Source: Klebsormidium nitens | Taxonomy: Eukaryota; Plantae; Klebsormidiophyceae | Direction of reading: 5' to 3' | DNA: 64,000 bases | Assembly (NCBI GenBank): GCA_000708835.1 | Contig: DF236973.1 | Span: forward strand, 294,699-358,698 | Shown: positions 1 to 11,500 of the stretch, in pieces | How positions within the stretch are numbered: the stretch's first letter is position 1 | Layout: every line of letters begins with the position of its first letter | The notes under the pieces: model-generated | Told to the model about the DNA's origin: nothing | Seen by the model: only the letters and a program-made list of their open reading frames with translations | Databases searched by the model: none | Translations under genes and position numbers: made by a program

Positions 1-3000
1 CAAGGCGAAGCGCAAGCAAAGCGCCAGTACGTGTGGCTGGCAGCGACTGAAGTCGAGCAATTAGAACCGAGGTCGGACCAAGAACGGAGACCGGCTTTGG
101 AGAAGACGGTTTCTGGATCAAGTGCGATTGTGCACGTTTTGCACGCGGCGGGCTTGCGAGAGGTTGCAATGCTGTTGAGAGATCGGGAGCGGTTGCAGAG
201 AATCGTGGATGTTCTTCCCGAGGGGGCCGGAGTTCCGCTCCTGGTGGTGGCGGGCTGTCCGCGAGCGGAATGGGCGGAAGCGGAAGCGGACGAAGGGGCG
301 GGGCAAGAAGAGGTTTTGGATATGGACGACGAGGAGCAGGAGAATGGAACAAGGGCTATGGGGGCGGAACGGAACCAAGTAGGGAACTTTTGGAAAGCGA
401 ACGGAGATATGGGCGGCGCAACTCTCCCGGCGGAAGATGAATCCGACGAGATGGAGGCCGGAACGAACGGAACCGTTACCGGAATGGAGCTGGTGCCCGT
501 GGGCTCAGTCGACGATGACCTCATGGGTGACGTCGTCGATGACGTGGCAGGAGTGCCGTGGGGCGAGTGGAACGAGAGCGACGAGGATGGAGCGGAGGCG
601 GCGGTGGGCGAGGCGCTGGGCCTGGACGAACTAGGCGTGGACGACGGGCGGCTCGGGGAGTGGCGGGTGGTGTTCGTGGGGGATGCGGTGAGTGGTTACG
701 TGGCAGCAAGTTCCGGGGTCATGCATTATTCTCGTTTTATGATTAATGATAGAACCCTTTGAATAGAGAGTTTTGCAGCTTTGCGTTCCTTATGGCGAGG
801 GGAGCCTCGGGTGGCTCGGGGAATGGATGGTGGTTTTTGTGGGGGGATGCAGTGAAAAGTTAGTCGGCGGGTCCCGGAGGATCATGTGCGGATTGCTCGT
901 TCGTGAGACAAGCAATACGACCATTCTTGAGAGGTTCTTGCAGCTTTGCGTTCTTTCCACCGAGGAGCCTTCAAGGAGCCTCTACGAAGTAACTGGAGAG
1001 ATTCTCAGAATAGGGCAAAGTGAAGGTAGCAATCTGATTGTGAAGACCTCTGCAAATTCAGCTCTGCGTTGTCCCGTAGGAGGGAGAGGTGACCATAATC
1101 AAGCAAACAAGCAGTTCAGAAAATGAACCCTTTCTCACCACTTAGCAAGCTTGCAGAAGACCCAAGCCCGCAGGCGACTTTCGGGGCCGCTTATCTTTCA
1201 ATAGGGCTGACGTCAGCCGCCCTGCCCTCTCAGGGCGACGCTGCAGCCACCAACAGTCTCCTACTCAGCGGTCTCCACTGGCTGGCGGCAAACTCCCGAC
1301 ATCAACCCCCGCTAAGACCCTTGAACCTCCCCAATCTCACGCGAGCCTTCTTACGTCCCCTTCTCAACGAAGTCGACCAAAGCTCGGCGGGCCCTGCAAA
1401 CCGGATTCCCGCCTTCAACGCCGCGCTTGAAACGGCCGAGAAGGCTGTTAACAAGGCCCTCTCCGAAGCGCCCCTGAACTGGCCGCCCCCGGAAGTGGAT
1501 GCTTACGAAGGGCCCCGGAAATGGGCGCTCCAGGGCCTGCCACGTGTTGGGTGGAGCGCGCGCCCAGGGCCGTCGGATGCCGCCATCGGACGGCTGAGGG
1601 CGGCCAGGCTGCCCGCCTTCGGAGAGTTTCAGGAGCGCTTTGAAATTGAGGATGCGAATAGAGCGAGAGGAAGTGTGAATAAGCTCTTGGCAACGGTTAT
1701 GGGGGGGCGGGAAAACGATGCGGCGGTGCAGAGAGAAGGGAAGAGGCTGCTTGAGAAGGGGAGAATGGCATACGGGCCGGAAGGGGGGGTGTGGTACCAG
1801 CCAGACTGGGGGGCCATTCTTGAGGTGAGCGAGGGGGGTCCACGAAGAAAAGAGAACGAATGCGCATGAATGTTGAGTCCCGAATGGAGTAGAGCCTAGC
1901 ACGCTCCAAGCAATCAAGAAAGGGTACTTGGAAAAGTCGGGCCAGTGTTCTTTTGCCCACAATATTTCTATCGTCCGGCAGCCCTGGCGGAATCCCTAAG
2001 AAGTTCCGGCGTGCGGATTGTGCACTTCTTTGAGTGACTGGTGCACCTGACACGGCGTCCTAGGCAGCTTGACCGTTCTTTTTGACATGTCGCACTTTTA
2101 GAAGTATCTGAGTGCAGACGCTGCTATTCACGTATGTCAATCCACAGAAGTGTACCGTTCTTGACCGCGGCATCCAATTCCCTCTCGAGCAAGCTATTGC
2201 GGCCTTACGTTCTGGACTTCTCTAGTTGGTTGCTGACCTCCAATCGATGCTGCAATCACGGCCCTGGCTCCCTCAGAGTTTTCCATGTAATATGTGAGTG
2301 CTTAACCATGGGACGGCGCCTTTCCTCTGTAGGCGATCTTTGAGCTGCGCCTCTCGTCTCTCCACGCCCTCCCCCCCTTCACGGTCTACGTCCGGTCTTC
2401 CGACCTTCCCCCCGAAGAGATTAACCTTAATCCCCTGGAAGCGGACAACGAGCTCGTCCAATATCTAGAACCCCCCGGGCCGTTGTTACCAGCGACTTTT
2501 GAGAGGGCAAGCGACGAAGGAATCACGGCAGGGGGGCCGGAGAATCAGAAACACGAGCAGCTAAGTCCGAGCCCGGGTACAGGGTGGGCCATGGAAGTTG
2601 GAGAACCGATCAGTAGCGGGGGAGGGAAGGGGGATCCCCCGGAAGGTTTTGGAAGCGTCGTGAGCGAGAGGGCCTTCGACCGCTGCGAATTCCTGAGACA
2701 GCAGCAGCAGCAGAGCGACGGTTTGAGCGGTGCGAATGGGCGTTGGAGAGGTGGTGTGAATGAGCCTGAGAATGTTCTTGTGGGCGGTGTGAACGGGCTC
2801 GAAGACGTCCGGGACGGTGGTGTGAACGGGCCCGAGAACGATCAGGCGGTCGATGTGAACTTGGCGCCCCATTTGATGGTGGCGGAGCCAATCCGGGAGG
2901 GGCGGGCTTTCGTGGCCCAGGATGTGCCACGTGGCCCAGTTAGAGGCTCGCTGATGCAGCCGCGACGGCTGCAGCGGCTGTTCTCGGGGGTGGCGCTCGA

Positions 3001-4126
3001 GAGCGGACTGGCGACTGCGCCGGCCAGGGGAGATGACGACATGCTGATGTCTTTGTCGCCGTCTAGGATCGCGTACGGGCTGGCAGCTCCCCAGGTGGAA
3101 GGCGAGAGGGGCGATGCGCCTTCATTGGAGACACGTGGCGTTTTGGGAATGGCCGGTGACACTGAACGATGGGTTGGTTTCGGCAACGGGACAGAAGGGG
3201 GGAAGGAGGACGGAAGAGAAACGGCGAAGACTGGCGAAGCTTCCGTGGAAAGAGTGCCGGGGTCAGTCGTTGGAACGGTCGCTAGCCCGCCAATAGCAGA
3301 ACGCCACGAGGCTTTGTCCAGCAGGGACGCATGGCAGGTTGGCGCCGGAATATGGGGGTCCGGGTCAGGCACGACCGGGGCCACGGGGACCCCCCTGAAA
3401 CGGAAAACTGCGGCAGACGAGGCGAGGCGGCAGCGAGCGAGGGTCGAGTTTGAGACCAGCCTCGAAACCCTGAGGGTTTACGCGGAGGTGACGGAGCGAG
3501 AAGCGGTAGAAAAGGCTGCAGAGGGTTTGGAGGTATTGGAGAACGTGCGGGGGAGGAATCAGGGATTGGGATTGGGATTGGCAGCTCGAAGTGGGTTAGA
3601 AGCGGGGTTAGACCCAGGTCTTTCCAGGTCAGGGACGGAAACCAGAGCGGGGGATGCGAAAGAGGGAGGCGACCTGGCGGGCAACATGGAAGGCGTCACA
3701 GGAGAGGGTTTAGAACATGAGGGAGTCGAAGGTTTGGGAGGGTCAACGGTAAACCAAGCTGGGGTTAGCGAAGGAAGGGGAAGCGTCCTCAGCCCGGAAC
3801 AGCGTTTTGCTGCGGCTGTTGCGGACCTTGAGAAGGTGGTGCAATCGGACGGTCCGAATTTAGACCTCGTTTTACCGGACGCACCAGAACCAACAGCAGT
3901 CGTTGAGACTGCCGCTGAGATGGTTCTGCAAGAGGGGGAGGGGCATACGTTCTGGCCTATGGAGGGGGTTGCAAACGAAACTCCTGTTAGTGGGAACGCC
4001 CGGGCTCGGTTTGAGGATTTGGCGAGGAAGACGTTGGAGGCGCTCGGGGCGTCCCCTAGCAGCTGCGCGAATGACGTCAGCAGCGCAGAGGCACGCTGGA
4101 GTAGTCCCCCCTTGAGAGCTCAATAG
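1..4126 (+). CDS. SAC3B: SAC3B/GANP-like (TREX-2 mRNA export scaffold), 3' part; 5' end lies outside the window
   Basis: Exons <1..687, 1234..1824, 2333..4126, all phase 0 with GT-AG borders (GCG|GTGAG at 688, CTCAG|GGC at 1233, GAG|GTGAGC at 1825, GTAG|GCG at 2332). The spliced protein has LPEGAGVPLLVV, LLSGLHWLAANSRHQP, IPAFNAAL, APLNWPPPE, LPRVGWS, WGAILE-AIFELRL. These match, from memory, the C-terminal region of land-plant SAC3B (IPSGSCLPLLVV, LRDGFKWLASNSPLQP, CISAFNDAL, ANPIGWPCPE). The last exon is long, low-complexity and G/E-rich. Confidence 0.75.
650..1040 (+). repeat. Junction-spanning tandem duplication (about 164-bp unit) at a SAC3B-like donor
   Basis: The exon end plus donor at 650..692 recurs at 813..856; TTGCAGCTTTGCGTTC occurs at 773 and 938. 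Confidence 0.8.
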
Positions 4127-4878
4127 CAGAAGCCAGGACTTGTACAAACACTCGGCTATATTTGCACATACGTGCTGGATGTGAGCTGGTGTGCATTTGC
4201 AGGTCGAAATGGATATATGCAAGCCGAGCGCTTTTATATTATCGATGAGCTCTGAGGCTCAGTTGCTTTACCGCGCCGTAAAGAACAGCGAGATAGGGGA
4301 AATCTTCTGATTGCTCGTTACAAGTCACGACCTGAGTATATGCCTTATGATGATCACGTAAATTAGGATCGGACCGAGTTGAGATGAAATGAATCTCAGT
4401 ATTTGTTTGCCACATGTGAGTCGATCGGATCAACCGCGTCCTATCTGGCAGCAAGCCGGCGCCGAACCATGGGCTTCGGTATAGTCGTTACCGGTCGATT
4501 GGTGATATCAACGTTCGATCGTACGAGTCTTTGTGTATATGTATTTTCCATTTACGGTGAGATAGTACAACCAATTGGCATGAAGTTGCATGACTTTCCG
4601 ACATGGCTAGTATCATAGTATATGGCTTAATTGTTTACCTTGCACATGCAATATGGCATGGATCGATTTGACTGAAGCTATAGCCTAGCTCCCGACTCTA
4701 GCTGGCAATTAGCTGTACGATCCGGCGTGCTCTGGACATCCATGCAATCGTTTCGCATAATCTAAGCCTGGAATCCAGCCTCCGATCGGCATCATTATAA
4801 CATCATGGGCATCGAAACCGCTGCAGGCGTTATTCAGCTCGATCGATGTAACTCAGACCAGATCGTCAAGCGCACATT

Positions 4879-6925
4879 TCAAGTTTCTGATTGCAAGTGC
4901 TTTTTCAGTTGGTGTTCCAGACACCAATCACATCCCGCAAGCCCGTACTCAATGTCCTCCTCCCAGTAGTCTGGCACCGCGTCTAGTTCGTACAGCCTAT
5001 CCTCGAAACTCATCAGATTCTTCTTCACGTACGCATCTCTTTCCCACCGCACCGCTTCCAGCGATGCTCTCTCTACTTTTCGGATTAGCGCCCACTCATG
5101 CTTTATCCTATCAACGTCCGTGTTGGCGAAATCAACCTCTCGTGGAGTGTAGTTTCTCCATTTCAAGCTGACGTGGTCACAGGCCCTTGTCAGCAGCTCC
5201 CGTCTCAACCTATCCAACCACCAAGCAGTTGTATAGCTGGTAAAGAGCTCCTCCCCCGCTTTTATATCTACACAGGCCTTTGCAAAGAGCCGGTCGCCAT
5301 GGACAAACCAGTCTACGTTTTGGCTCGCTACTATCCCGTCTATGTACCTTTGAACCGCTCTGTCTAGATCCACAAGGTCGCTTGCAGCAATACAATCATG
5401 GTCGTTGATAAGGCAAGCAACTCCCCGCTCGGGGGCTGCTTGTTGGTCCCCATAGATTGAGCAATCCCGTGAGACAAAGATTGTGTAACTGTCCTCCAGA
5501 CCGTGTTCCTTGAGGTACTCTTCGTGCTCTAAGCGCGCCTCTTGGCCGACCAACCGCGTGCCGACGTACTCGGTAACGAGCTCCCCGGAGGCGATGGATT
5601 CCATTGCAAACAATCCTGCAGAAATGATCGTGGGTAAGCTTACGGACCCGATCAAAAACGAAAGTCTTATGACTGGGGCTGCTGGTATAGGACAGTTCTT
5701 CATTGTCTATGGTGTCTGCAGATTCGAAAGCGTTCTCCATCACAACCACTTTGAGATACTGGGAAGAAAGAGAGCGATTAAATCATGTAGCATAAGCCAG
5801 GAAAGTTGTTGTGAAAGGCACTTCGGAAGGAGTGGAAGAAAAGAAAGTACTGGCGGCTGACTCTGCTTTCTTTTAATCACCTACAAATATCACGAGATCA
5901 GGCACTGTCTGAGGATGAAACCTGCTGCTGCCAATAGCACTAGCCGCCCTGGACCACTCTGCACTTGGCTCAGTTCCAGCGCTTGCCTGCATAACCGTGC
6001 AACATATGACGGACAGGGCATTCTTACCATTTCGGCACGACTGTGCAGTTCCCCTTCTTACCAGACTTTACGGGCCTCCCTTGCAACCATCCTGCCTCTT
6101 GTGCGTCTACGGACTCTTCAATTAATGAAGGTGGCAGTATTCAGATCCATTTTCATTGTTTGTACCATTCAGTGGTTCCTTTCTGGTTGACAGATTACTG
6201 TCGTAATAATACCCCATCGCACCAGTTTACCGTCCACATCTCTCCTTATTTGGATCCGTTCGGTCGTGTCAAAGTTAGACTGATAATTACACCACCCCAG
6301 CACCCGCCCTCAGATGCATTTGTAGCCGGCCACTTTCCTTTTCAGAAAACATCACTAGAAAAGACGTCAGTGGATGCAGTAAGTTGAAACAAGGATTCTT
6401 ACCTTTTCCTGCGCCCGGTCGCGTGCTCTCAGCGACAAAAACCCTTGGAGCCCTCATCTCCAGCTCCTTTATCATCATCTCGTTCTCATGCCCGCCTTCT
6501 ACTAACCCCTCACTGCCAGGAGCCACGCCACCAGCACGCACATTGCTCTGCAATGTTGCATACTTTCTCCGTCCACTTTGGATCCCAATGCGTTTCCCTA
6601 CTTGCGGAAGCTTCCGTCTTGCTGTCCTGCCATATTCCCTCCCAGCGTGTGTTGGATATGCCTCCGCTGTCCTACATAATCTTGCAGGGATGCTTGAGGA
6701 AAAATGTTGACGAGCAGCACCACATTCAGACCCCTGGCTCACAGCTTGTGGTACGGCCATGACTTTGGATGAAGCCTCCGTGCACCTAATCGTGGTCATA
6801 ACCTGCCGCGTCAACCCAGCAACAATGGCGCCTTTCAAAGCTGGTTGACTACAGAAACTGGAAGTTTCCATCGTAGTCGAGTAATGCACTGCCCTGAAGC
6901 TCTGCTGTACTTCTAAGTACGGCAT
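4879..6925 (-). CDS. SET-domain protein (atypical, no pre-/post-SET)
   Basis: Exons 6925(?)..6403 and 5615..4879; intron 5616..6402 (AAAG|GTAAG ... CTGCAG|GA). Splicing rebuilds the SET N-motif VFVAESTRPGAGK-GLFAMESIASGELVTEYVG, followed by ACLINDH and DIKAGEELFTSY. The start codon is uncertain. Confidence 0.85.
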
Positions 6926-8546
6926 TCCGCTGCGATGGGAGCCTGTCAGTTTGTTCCTTGTTGCCAATGCACAAACGCTTCCTCTGCCAGTGATACCACT
7001 TAAGAGCTCACACTAAGATCTAGAAAGTCCCACGCAGTGAACATGGCGCTTGCGGCTTCGATCTGCTTGCTTTCGAGCTGAAGTCTAAAGATCTATCCTA
7101 GAGAAGTTTACCTGCAATTTACAAGTTGCAACATCTGCGACATCTTCAAGTTCAACCTTCAGCTAGATTCGAGTCTCTGTCACCATCGGAGCCACACGAT
7201 GAAAGCTTGATACGACAATCGACGGCATTCAGGGCCCTTCAAACCCACGCGCGCCTCTTGCAACAAGCTTCTGGTTGGCTTGAATTATGAACGCGACAAT
7301 GCCACGGTGAATATGTATCATGACAATCAAATCAGTCCTGCTCCTAGGGTTCAGCCTTGATTTTGGGATTGATTTTCATATTTTAGGGCCTAAATTTGAC
7401 ATGCGTTGAATCTGCAGATCAGGTAGGACTAGGTATAGGACTACATTTGACTGCGGCCGGTGACGGTGCCGTACAGCTGAATTTTATCCGGGCTGAGGTG
7501 CTTGGTGACGTCATGCGCAAGCGCTCCCTGGGGCCTGTCGCGTCCCGGAGGAGGGATCCCTACGAAATGGTGCGTAGATAGGTACGTGCTTGATCATGAA
7601 GCACACAAGGCCGGCCCGCTCTGCAAAGGTGGGTGTCAATGCTTTTAATAAGCTGACAGCAAACACGGGCACAAAGTACACTAAGGCTTTTTTGCGCACC
7701 AGCTGACATCTGCACGAAGAAGAAATACGCACTGCACGACACGACGGGAATCTGCAGAACGAGTGGACAAGACTAGCGGCCCCACAACGTATACTAACAC
7801 TGCTGAAAATCTTCAGACGTTGGCCAAGGGGTCAGAAGCGGCGGTCTCACGAGTTGCCCGCGAATCTCAAAGTGCTTTGAAGGTCTTTGTTCAAGCTGAG
7901 ACGCCGCCAAGCCACGGCCAAGGACCAATCGGCGACGAGACAACCGCAGCGTCTTCCGACCTAAAGGTAAGTGATTTGAGCCGGAGTGAGCTTCCAAACG
8001 CCAGAGCATACTAGGCCTGAATTGAGAATTTTGGACATGTTCATGTTTCTCATGGGTCCTGTTGAGCATAGCAACTTTTGAAGAGAAACCGCCTACACTT
8101 GAAGGTTTCAGAGAGTCTTCATATGTTCATACGTCTTGTTCATTTAAAATCTGCTCGGAAGATTACCGAAGGACCTCTTTGTAATCGATAGCTTGAAGCT
8201 CAATTTGCTTGCTCTAGTTCATTCAAAAGCTTGATCGGCTCGAAGGCTTGAATAATTCAAAAGCTTGATCTCCTTGATCTACTCCATAGCCAATTGCTCT
8301 GATTTGTCCAGGGAACCGCATTTTCAATCCCAGCACTCTAAACATGTTCTCTTATCTCCCTCTTGTTTGCTACAATATTCCCTGGCAGTATCATTTCGAA
8401 GTCTTGTCATCCACACTTCTCACGTTCTTTGTGAGGTCGGATAATTAGGGAAAGCTTCAAGCGCTTACCCCTTTCATATACTCATCCCTCACAGAAGCTC
8501 AATGTTTCCAATGCTACCAATCTCATTTCTTCTCTGCAGAACAAAA

Positions 8547-11500
8547 ATGACTTCCAAAAAATCAACTACGTCAACCAAGTGGACAGCAGTCCTGATAAGC
8601 ACCTTGGGTTTGCTTGCCCTTGCTCCGGTGCAAGTTCAAGGAGGTTCTGGTGCTTTCGACGGCTCCTCTTACACCTTCTGTGTGGCGGTTCGTTTCGACG
8701 CCTCCCCTGACGTCATCACCCGCATTAAGTCTGTCTTCACAGCGGCAAGCCAGGTACCAGCCCACAAGCTACAGGGGTTTTTGGCCCATAACTAAGGACG
8801 GTTCTGGGCTGGTTCTGGGCTGGTTAGAACCGGTTGTATGCCCAGTGAGCAGATCTGGGCGTTAGACAGCCTCTGAAACAGTGTTACTAGCCCGGTTGAT
8901 TGTCCATTAACCCGAGAGTCAAGTCAGCCACGTTAGCAGCCAGAATCTTCTGCGTTAACTAGACTCTAGAAAGACCGCGCTGTGCCGCTTTGTATACCAG
9001 CTCTGGCCTTTCACCTTTGAGTTAGACACTCGAGGTCTTCAAGAAGGAGAGCACTCCCCCTCTTATGAGCGTCTGAGAAATCTTTTGGTTGCTGAACTAG
9101 CTTCATGATCTGGTTGAGATTCTCAAAGAACTCTTCCACAGTCAAACCCTCAGAGCACTCCCCCTGTATTCCGACCCATCAACCTTTTTTTTAAAGACAG
9201 CACTCCCCTTCAGGCATTCTTAGAAGAGGATCTAGAGCATCTTTCAAAAGCTGCTTTTTCGATTACGGTTTTGAAAGAAACACTACCGGAGGTTATTGTT
9301 GGTTGGCGTTCTGGATCCAGCACACGCATGGCACTGGAAGGACTGAGCATCCTGTTTTGTCTCTCTCCTTTTGCTGGTGTACATACTTCCAATGGTTGTG
9401 CCCGGATGTGAGTGTCATTCCTTCCGCTTGCTTTCCCCTTGCAAGGAATGCAAAAGGTAGTATTGCTCACTAAATGCCACATCTCTCAAAGCACTGATTA
9501 TGCGGTGCATGTTCTGAAGTGGTCGTTCCTTGGTCCTTTCCCTAGAATTCCACTGAGCTTTCTTCCTGCGAGCTCGTGTGTTGTTTCTTAGATCCAGGAA
9601 GCCTAGCGACAATGACCTGTTGCTGGCTCTGAGTACTCTCCGTGCTATCTCGTTGGCTTGTGATTCTCTTTCTTGAGGAAAAAGAATCTCGGCTGTTATG
9701 GTAGGGCCTTGACTTGGAAGGCCGCTTCCAGAGTAGATCAAAGGAGGCAAAGAGCAACTTGCTAACATGCCCTCTGACTTGCAAGTCAACGTCATTGCTT
9801 AAGGAGCCGTAGAACGAGAAGCTCGACCCATTTAGACGGAAGTATCCAAACAAGCCATGGAATATAGCAGTCTGATATCAATGTGGCTTGTTTGAAGAAA
9901 CAGTATCAAAAGAGACCGGAAAGGCCCAATAAACCAGTCATAGCACCTCATTCTCCCTGTGGACTTCTTGAGCAGGTTTTCAATGACGCGACCGACGGTC
10001 AGCAGCGCTTTGGGACCATCAAAATTGTGCCTAATCTACTCGAGTCGGACGACGCCGAATTCTACATCCATCAAGAAGAGGGCCGAGCCGACGCCCCGCC
10101 AGACGGCTACGGAGTTCGAGGACAAGTGAGCCACGTGCTATTCGATAACGTCATCTTCGTGGTGTGCTGTAAGCCGTTGACTGGCAATTCAGGAATCAGA
10201 ATCCTGAAAAATCTGGTGCAGACTAGAGTCCGCTAGGAATCAACGGGGCCAGTCAAGTCGCTGACGTCAGTGCTCTTTTGTTATCAGTTTGCTTACGTTC
10301 TTCTTGTTGAAGTCCTTATTATATTCATACGCGATCGGAGATTCTGGCCGAGCGTTTAACAGGGTCCTGGATTCAGGCCACAACTGCTTAAAAATCTACA
10401 ATCTCGTCAGATATTGAACACCTTTGCAACCACAGTAACGCCGCTTACGTAACCTACTGATCCCAATCTCGAACGTGCTTAGAGCGAGGACCGTTCGTCG
10501 CACAGGCCCAGCAACAAAGGACTTCCGTGTTTTTCCGTTCACCTGAGACTCTGAATCCCCCCGGCCAATATCACGGAGGCTATCATCGACTTTCCTTAGG
10601 AAAAGAGTGTCCGCGTTTTTCAACGTGTCCTTTCTTTATAATGCAGCACGTCGAAGTCTGTACTTGCCCAAAGAGTTTGTTCGACCCACGCTTTGTCTTA
10701 GCTGCAGCACGTCAAGTTGTGCTGGCTTAGTGACTGTTTGGTACGCCATCGTTTTCATTAACAGCACGGCCACCTATGCTAATTCAGAGAGGTTGTTTGA
10801 AGCCATCCTTTTTTCAACCGCAGCACGTCAACCTTTAATGACTCAGTGGGTTTGTTATAAGCCATTCTTTCTCTAAGTGCATCACATCAATCAGTACTGA
10901 CCCAGTGTTTATTAGTACGGACTTTCGCGAGGGTTAAATGTCCTTGATTCGTCAACGCATCCTTTTGTTTGTTGCAGCACGTCAATCTGTACTACCCGGA
11001 TGATTTTGCGGCTAGCATCGACAGCGGCGCCTTCACGATCGCGCACGAGATGGGCCACCATGCTTTCGGACTGCGCGACGAGTATTCGGACGACAAGAAA
11101 GTTGCGTGCTCGGACCACACGGACGACCCAAACCTTTCGTAAGAAGCAACATCTTTCCTCGGTTTGCTTCTTGACAAGTATCCGCCTGTCTGACGTGTCC
11201 GACCTGCCCTATCCTTCGATTTTTCAAGTCAGCAATCAAACCACCGGGGAATGTGCTGGAAGCACAGAACGCGGCAAGTCCGACCTTTTTCCAATTTGAG
11301 CTCCCTTCTCCTCACTATACCATTCCCGACGTCCTGTCCGTATCCTCCCTGAGTTGCAAGTGACCACGAACTCCGGCCTTTCGACGGCATCCTTATGATT
11401 GTTCTGAGTTGTAGTCCTGGCATAAAGTGCGGCCCTGATCCTGGTTTAGTATGCTCGCGGCGCTTCTAAGGCAGCTGACGGCTCGATTCTAGAGAAAGAA

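Noticed and set aside
2483-4126. Long GC-rich ORF as a retroelement gag or stand-alone gene
   Set aside because: It is in frame with an acceptor at 2332 and continues the SAC3B-like gene; no zinc knuckle, protease or RT motifs.
9040-9215. Three AGCACTCCCC motifs in CLCA-like intron 1
   Set aside because: Too short and irregularly spaced to support a specific element.
10615-11000. Short regularly spaced repeats as a CRISPR array
   Set aside because: Eukaryotic intron, no cas genes, repeats are degenerate and the whole unit is homologous to the splice acceptor region.
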